Of a stretch of DNA of 43,720 bases, positions 39,254 to 43,720 are shown in pieces (positions within the stretch are counted from its first letter, which is position 1; the number at the start of each line of letters is the position of its first letter). Made by a program: the position numbers and the translations under genes. Location: assembly GCF_001194135.2 (NCBI RefSeq), contig NC_068993.1:1748734-1792453 (forward strand), in the 5' to 3' direction. The notes beneath the pieces are model-generated. The model was not told where the DNA came from. It saw only the letters and a program-made list of their open reading frames with translations, and did no database searches. This DNA comes from Octopus bimaculoides. Lineage: Eukaryota.

Positions 39254-39984
39254 TGATATCATTTTCACGCGCACACATACAAAAGCTAGATCTATATATA
39301 TAACAATATAAACGTCGGTTTGAACTTTTGTTATCTTTTAATAAATATTTTCAATTGGATCATAATTATCTGCCAACAACGAACAATAAACGGGGGTTGG
39401 TGGGGGGAAGATGGGTTTTATCTCAAGTACATCGTTTTATTTTGTTCACATCAACTTTGATTCTTCCCTCCATCTAACTTACCGTTTATTTGTATTGTTT
39501 ATACTTTTTAAAATATCATTTATCTGTTTAATTGCTTTTTTTCTTTTTTAAATAATAATTTCATATTGTTGTTGTGACTGTTATTAATTTTTGAATTTGT
39601 TCATTTATTTTAGCCTTCAATAACAGTTATTTCATGACACAAAAGAATCCGTGAATGTCTCTATTTGAACAATTTCATTTTATATTATTTTCCTGATTTT
39701 ATTAAATCAGAAAAAAAAAAAAGAATTCGAACAAAAACAATGATAGATTTTATGCTAAAAAATATCTTTTGTTTTCCATAACAATTCCATGAACACTTGG
39801 ACAATTCTTCGCTTACTTCAGATGTTGGCATTAGAAGATATTTGTCTAATATTCCAAGAAATACTGTATTCTTCATTACGACAACTCTGTCTCTAACTCT
39901 TGGAAAAACAAACAGAGTTGAGTTAGTGGGTTTTTTTTGACAGGAAACAAATGTAATTCGGATAAATTCATTATAATTCATTTA

Positions 39985-40100
39985 TTTCAGCTCTTTGATG
40001 TTTGAGTTCAAATCCCGATGTTGATAACTCTACCTTTAATCCTGTTTTGGTCTATAAAATAAAACAACAGTTCAATACTGCGATCGATTTACAGACCTAC
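39985..40100 (+). mobile_element. Degenerate family A SINE fragment
   Basis: TTTGAGTTCAAATCCCGATGTTGATAACTCTACCTTTAATCC...TATAAAATAAAACAACAGTT resembles the family A B-box and body. Confidence 0.45.
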
Positions 40101-40671
40101 TCTCTCTTTCAGAGTTCACTGACATCCAACTGGACTGGTTATTGTTATACAAATGATTATACCAACTGATTCCAAAACCGGATAAAGGAGAGAGTTGAGC
40201 AAGGGACTAGTGATGCCTCGTCTCATAAACACTAACTCTTTACAGAAGTTGTCCATGGGAAATAGCGGAAACCTTTGCAGTTTCCTTCTTAACCAGAAAC
40301 AACTCAAGTCCCCACTCGCTTTCATCTACTGTTTTATAGTTCCTTAAGCAGCAAAATTCCTTACTTTAATGCTTTCTCTTCGGAATTATCAATATTTCGG
40401 TTGGAGACCATACTTATCAGTATAACCACGATCCTTCTATCATTGAACCTGAACAACTTTTCGTTCCGACTCAATATAGAATAACTGGGTCTTCTCTATA
40501 AATAGTAAATCTATTTGTGTTCAGAGGTCATCCATTTCTTGCTATAAATTCCAATAAATTGAAGCAAATTCCTAATTCTTCTGCAAAGCTTAAAAAAGGC
40601 GAAACATATGGCCAACTGTAAAGAATCACTCTTATAATGAAATAAACAATACATATCTATCTATCTATCTC

Positions 40672-40736
<65 letters not shown>

Positions 40737-41501
40737 ACGCGTGAGTGCGTGTGTGCGTGCGCGCGCGTGTATATATACAGTGTCAATTTTATTTGTGTTT
40801 TATCTTCGGTAGAAGCATAATTAAAAAAGAAAAATATTTGGAGTAAAATTTGCATTATTAGGCTGGAAACTTCTGCAGATGTACATAAATATATAAACAT
40901 TTCTACATGTGTAAAACTAAATAAATATATAAACATATACAGGTAAAGAAAAAAATTTCGAAGAGATTTGCTGCATAAATTCTTCCTCCTAACAAAGCAA
41001 ACCAAGAACAAAAAAAGACACACACAGAAAAGAAAATGAAACGAATAAGTGAAGAAATTTGAAGGTTTTATAAAATATCCTGAATAATGAAGTTGGCAAG
41101 ATAAGAATATAATAGTAGTAGAATTCGAAGAAAAACGTTTATGATCAAAACAAAAATATGCTAAAAGAGTTTCCGTGTAGATTCTTGCTGCTAATAGGTA
41201 GAATTTTAAATGGGATTTCTTCCATCCTTTGTCCAATTTATTGTTTCCCCACCTCCTGTTTTACATCGGTTCCAGCACACATATTTTACCAAATACTTTT
41301 TGATTCTCTACTTTAGACTAAGTGTCGTGAAAATAGACAGCGATACTTTGTTCAGATGTAGGCTTGTAAATTTAGGCTGCGAATGATACAGCTAGCTACG
41401 ACATCTGTATGTATGTATGTATGTATGTATGTATGTATGTATGCATGTTCCGATACTTCTGTGTGTGTGTGTGTGTGTATATGAATATATGTCACTACGT
41501 A

Positions 41502-41549
<48 letters not shown>

Positions 41550-41588
41550 CGTGTTCTCTTCCATTTTTAATTATTTGTAATCTTCCTA

Positions 41589-41737
41589 CATTACTTACAT
41601 TATTTACATTTGATGGATATTTGTCCTCATCTTTGTTGTTAACACAACGTTTCGGCTGATATACCCTCCAGCCTTCATCAGGTGTCTTGGGGAAATTTTG
41701 AACCTGGGTTCTCATTCCTAAGGCATTTTTCGATGTT
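41589..41737 (-). mobile_element. Probable Penelope-like element terminal-repeat fragment carrying the minimal hammerhead
   Basis: Non-microsatellite block abutting a (TA)n run and containing the CTGATGAAG...CCGAAACGTT signature typical of Penelope pseudo-LTRs. No RT or GIY-YIG ORF is seen. Boundaries are approximate. Confidence 0.5.
41641..41686 (-). ncRNA. Minimal (Penelope-type) hammerhead ribozyme motif
   Basis: Minus strand reads GACAC CTGATGA A GGCTG gagggtatat CAGCC GAAACGTT GTGTT. Stem I is 5 bp (one G-U) and stem II is 5 bp. Stem III is reduced to the palindrome ACGT, with a GUU triplet. Confidence 0.7.
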
Positions 41738-41910
41738 GTTGCATATTTTTACTGTTCCACTTACAAATATTATTTGGAATTGGGCTTATTAGAAGGTTGA
41801 CTTGTCTATCTAAAACCTTCAGCCTTTTGAAATTGTTCTTTAGTCATTTATAAGCAAGACCAAATGCCACACACCAGAGGAGTCTCTCTATAATAACAGT
41901 GTATCAAAAT

Positions 41911-41978
41911 GGCGGTGGCCCAGCATGGCCCCAGCATGGCCCCAGCATGGCCCCAGCATGGCCCCTGCTTTGAGCTGA
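41911..41978 (+). mobile_element. Retroposon 3'-tail fragment (family C) with internal 11-mer amplification
   Basis: Homologous to 33543-33601 but contains about 4.5 tandem copies of ATGGCCCCAGC (41916-41965). Confidence 0.55.
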
Positions 41979-43212
41979 AACTAAAAGAATATATATATCT
42001 ATATATATGTTTGTATGTTTGTATGTAAATTCAGTGGTTAGCGTTGATGTTGTTGTCGAGCTCCAGGCCTGATACAAAGAAGTAGGCTTAAAATCAATGA
42101 TGTCCCAGTTGTGACCACCCCTCCTTTTATTCAGTCACAGTATATTCCAGAAGCGGGTGGATGTGAAAGTGCTAACGCTGAGGGTAGTCGTGGTGGTGAT
42201 CGATGATGATGACGATGATGATGGTTATGGTGATGGTGGTGGCGGTGGTGGTGGTGTGATGATGGTGATGATGATAAAGATGACAACGACTGAACATTTT
42301 GATAAAACATCTCTCAAAAATTTGCTTAGAATATTTATAAAATAAACACATATACACTCACATATACAAATGTAGATGTATGTACATCCGTCTCTCTCTC
42401 TCTCTCTCTCTNNNNNNNNNNNNNNNNNNNNNNNNNNNNNNNNNNNNNNNNNNNNNNNNNNNNNNNNNNNNNNNNNNNNNNNNNNNNNNNNNNNNNNNNN
42501 NNNNNNNNNNNNNNNNNNNNNNNNNNNNNNNNNNNNNNNNNNNNNNNNNNNNNNNNNNNNNNNNNNNNNNNNNNNNNNNNNNNNNNNNNNNNNNNNNNNN
42601 NNNNNNNNNNNNNNNNNNNNNNNNNNNNNNNNNNNNNNNNNNNNNNNNNNNNNNNNNNNNNNNNNNNNNNNNNNNNNNNNNNNNNNNNNNNNNNNNNNNN
42701 NNNNNNNNNNNNNNNNNNNNNNNNNNNNNNNNNNNNNNNNNNNNNNNNNNNNNNNNNNNNNNNNNNNNNNNNNNNNNNNNNNNNNNNNNNNNNNNNNNNN
42801 NNNNNNNNNNNNNNNNNNNNNNNNNNNNATATATGTATATATATATATATATATATACGTATACACAGATACTGATAGAGAATATGTGTGTATGTGTGTG
42901 AATAAACTGAGTTTCAAATTTCTCTTGTAAATTTTGAATTCTAATTTAAATATTTGGCAGCGAACCTAACATACAGTAAAATCAGTCTGATGGAAGAACC
43001 GCTGCCAAAATTTCTCTTTGCTTACATTAATTTCCTAGAAAACCCTGATTCTAAATAGAGTTGAGGTGGAATGGGGGTGGGGTGGGGTTGAAGCTAGGCG
43101 TAGAACTGGGATGCAGGTGGTGGTGGTGGTGGTGGTGGTGGAATACAATTGAATTAGAAATAAAGAGAAAGCCGATGAGATAACGCTCACTATATGGTAT
43201 GAGTGTGTGTGT

Positions 43213-43356
43213 AGTAGTAGTATTAACAGTAGTAGTATTAACAGTAGTAGCATTAATAGTAGTAGCATTAATAGTAGTAGTATTAATAGTAGTAGCATTA
43301 ATAGTAGTAGCATTAATAGTAGTAGCATTAATAGTAGTAGTATTAATAGTAGTAGT
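43213..43356 (+). repeat. 15-bp minisatellite (AGTAGTAG[C/T]ATTAA[T/C]) x9.6
   Basis: Nine full units and a partial unit, read directly. Confidence 0.95.
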
Positions 43357-43440
43357 TGTGGTTTGTGAGACGGAGCCCTTCATCTGAAGGGTCAGCCGTT
43401 TCCCTGAGGCAAAAGTGATTAGCTGATAAACACATACACG

Positions 43441-43486
<46 letters not shown>

Positions 43487-43504
43487 TATATAGGCACAGT
43501 TATG

Positions 43505-43655
43505 CCTTTGTGGTAAGATGTTTCCTTCCCAACCACATAGTTCCAGGTTCATTCCCACTGCGTGGCACTCTGGGCAAATATATTCCACTGCAGCCTGAAG
43601 CCGACCAAAACCTTGTGACTGGAATTTTTAGACTGCAACTCAAAGAAGCCGTCGT
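43505..43655 (+). mobile_element. tRNA-derived SINE, family B (diverged)
   Basis: TGTGGTAAG...CCAGGTTCATTCCCACTGCGTGGCACTCTGGGCAA...GCCGACCAAAACCTTGTGACTGGAATTT...AAAGAAGCCGTCGTATATA is collinear with the 27241 copy. Confidence 0.8.
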
Positions 43656-43658
43656 ATA

Positions 43659-43720
<62 letters not shown>

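Overview
Gene-poor, AT-rich animal DNA from a short-read draft assembly, with 13 N-gaps totalling about 4.6 kb and an Illumina adapter remnant at one contig end. The extreme microsatellite density and the tRNA-derived SINE families suggest a cephalopod, probably Octopus (inference). Almost all long ORFs in the supplied track come from microsatellites or N-runs. No gene can be named; a few candidate plus-strand exons (942-966, 2824-2883, 30586-30617) and one repeat-free 155-codon minus-strand frame (7206-6739) are noted at low confidence. The most interesting signal is RNA structure. There is an intact type I hammerhead ribozyme motif at 13112-13181 (+) with a palindromic stem III. Two minimal Penelope-type hammerhead motifs lie at 41641-41686 (-) and 3532-3567 (-, U4C variant). 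Also present are a SINE with a 14-bp TSD, inverted SINE pairs, a perfect 31-bp inverted repeat and a G4-type octamer array.
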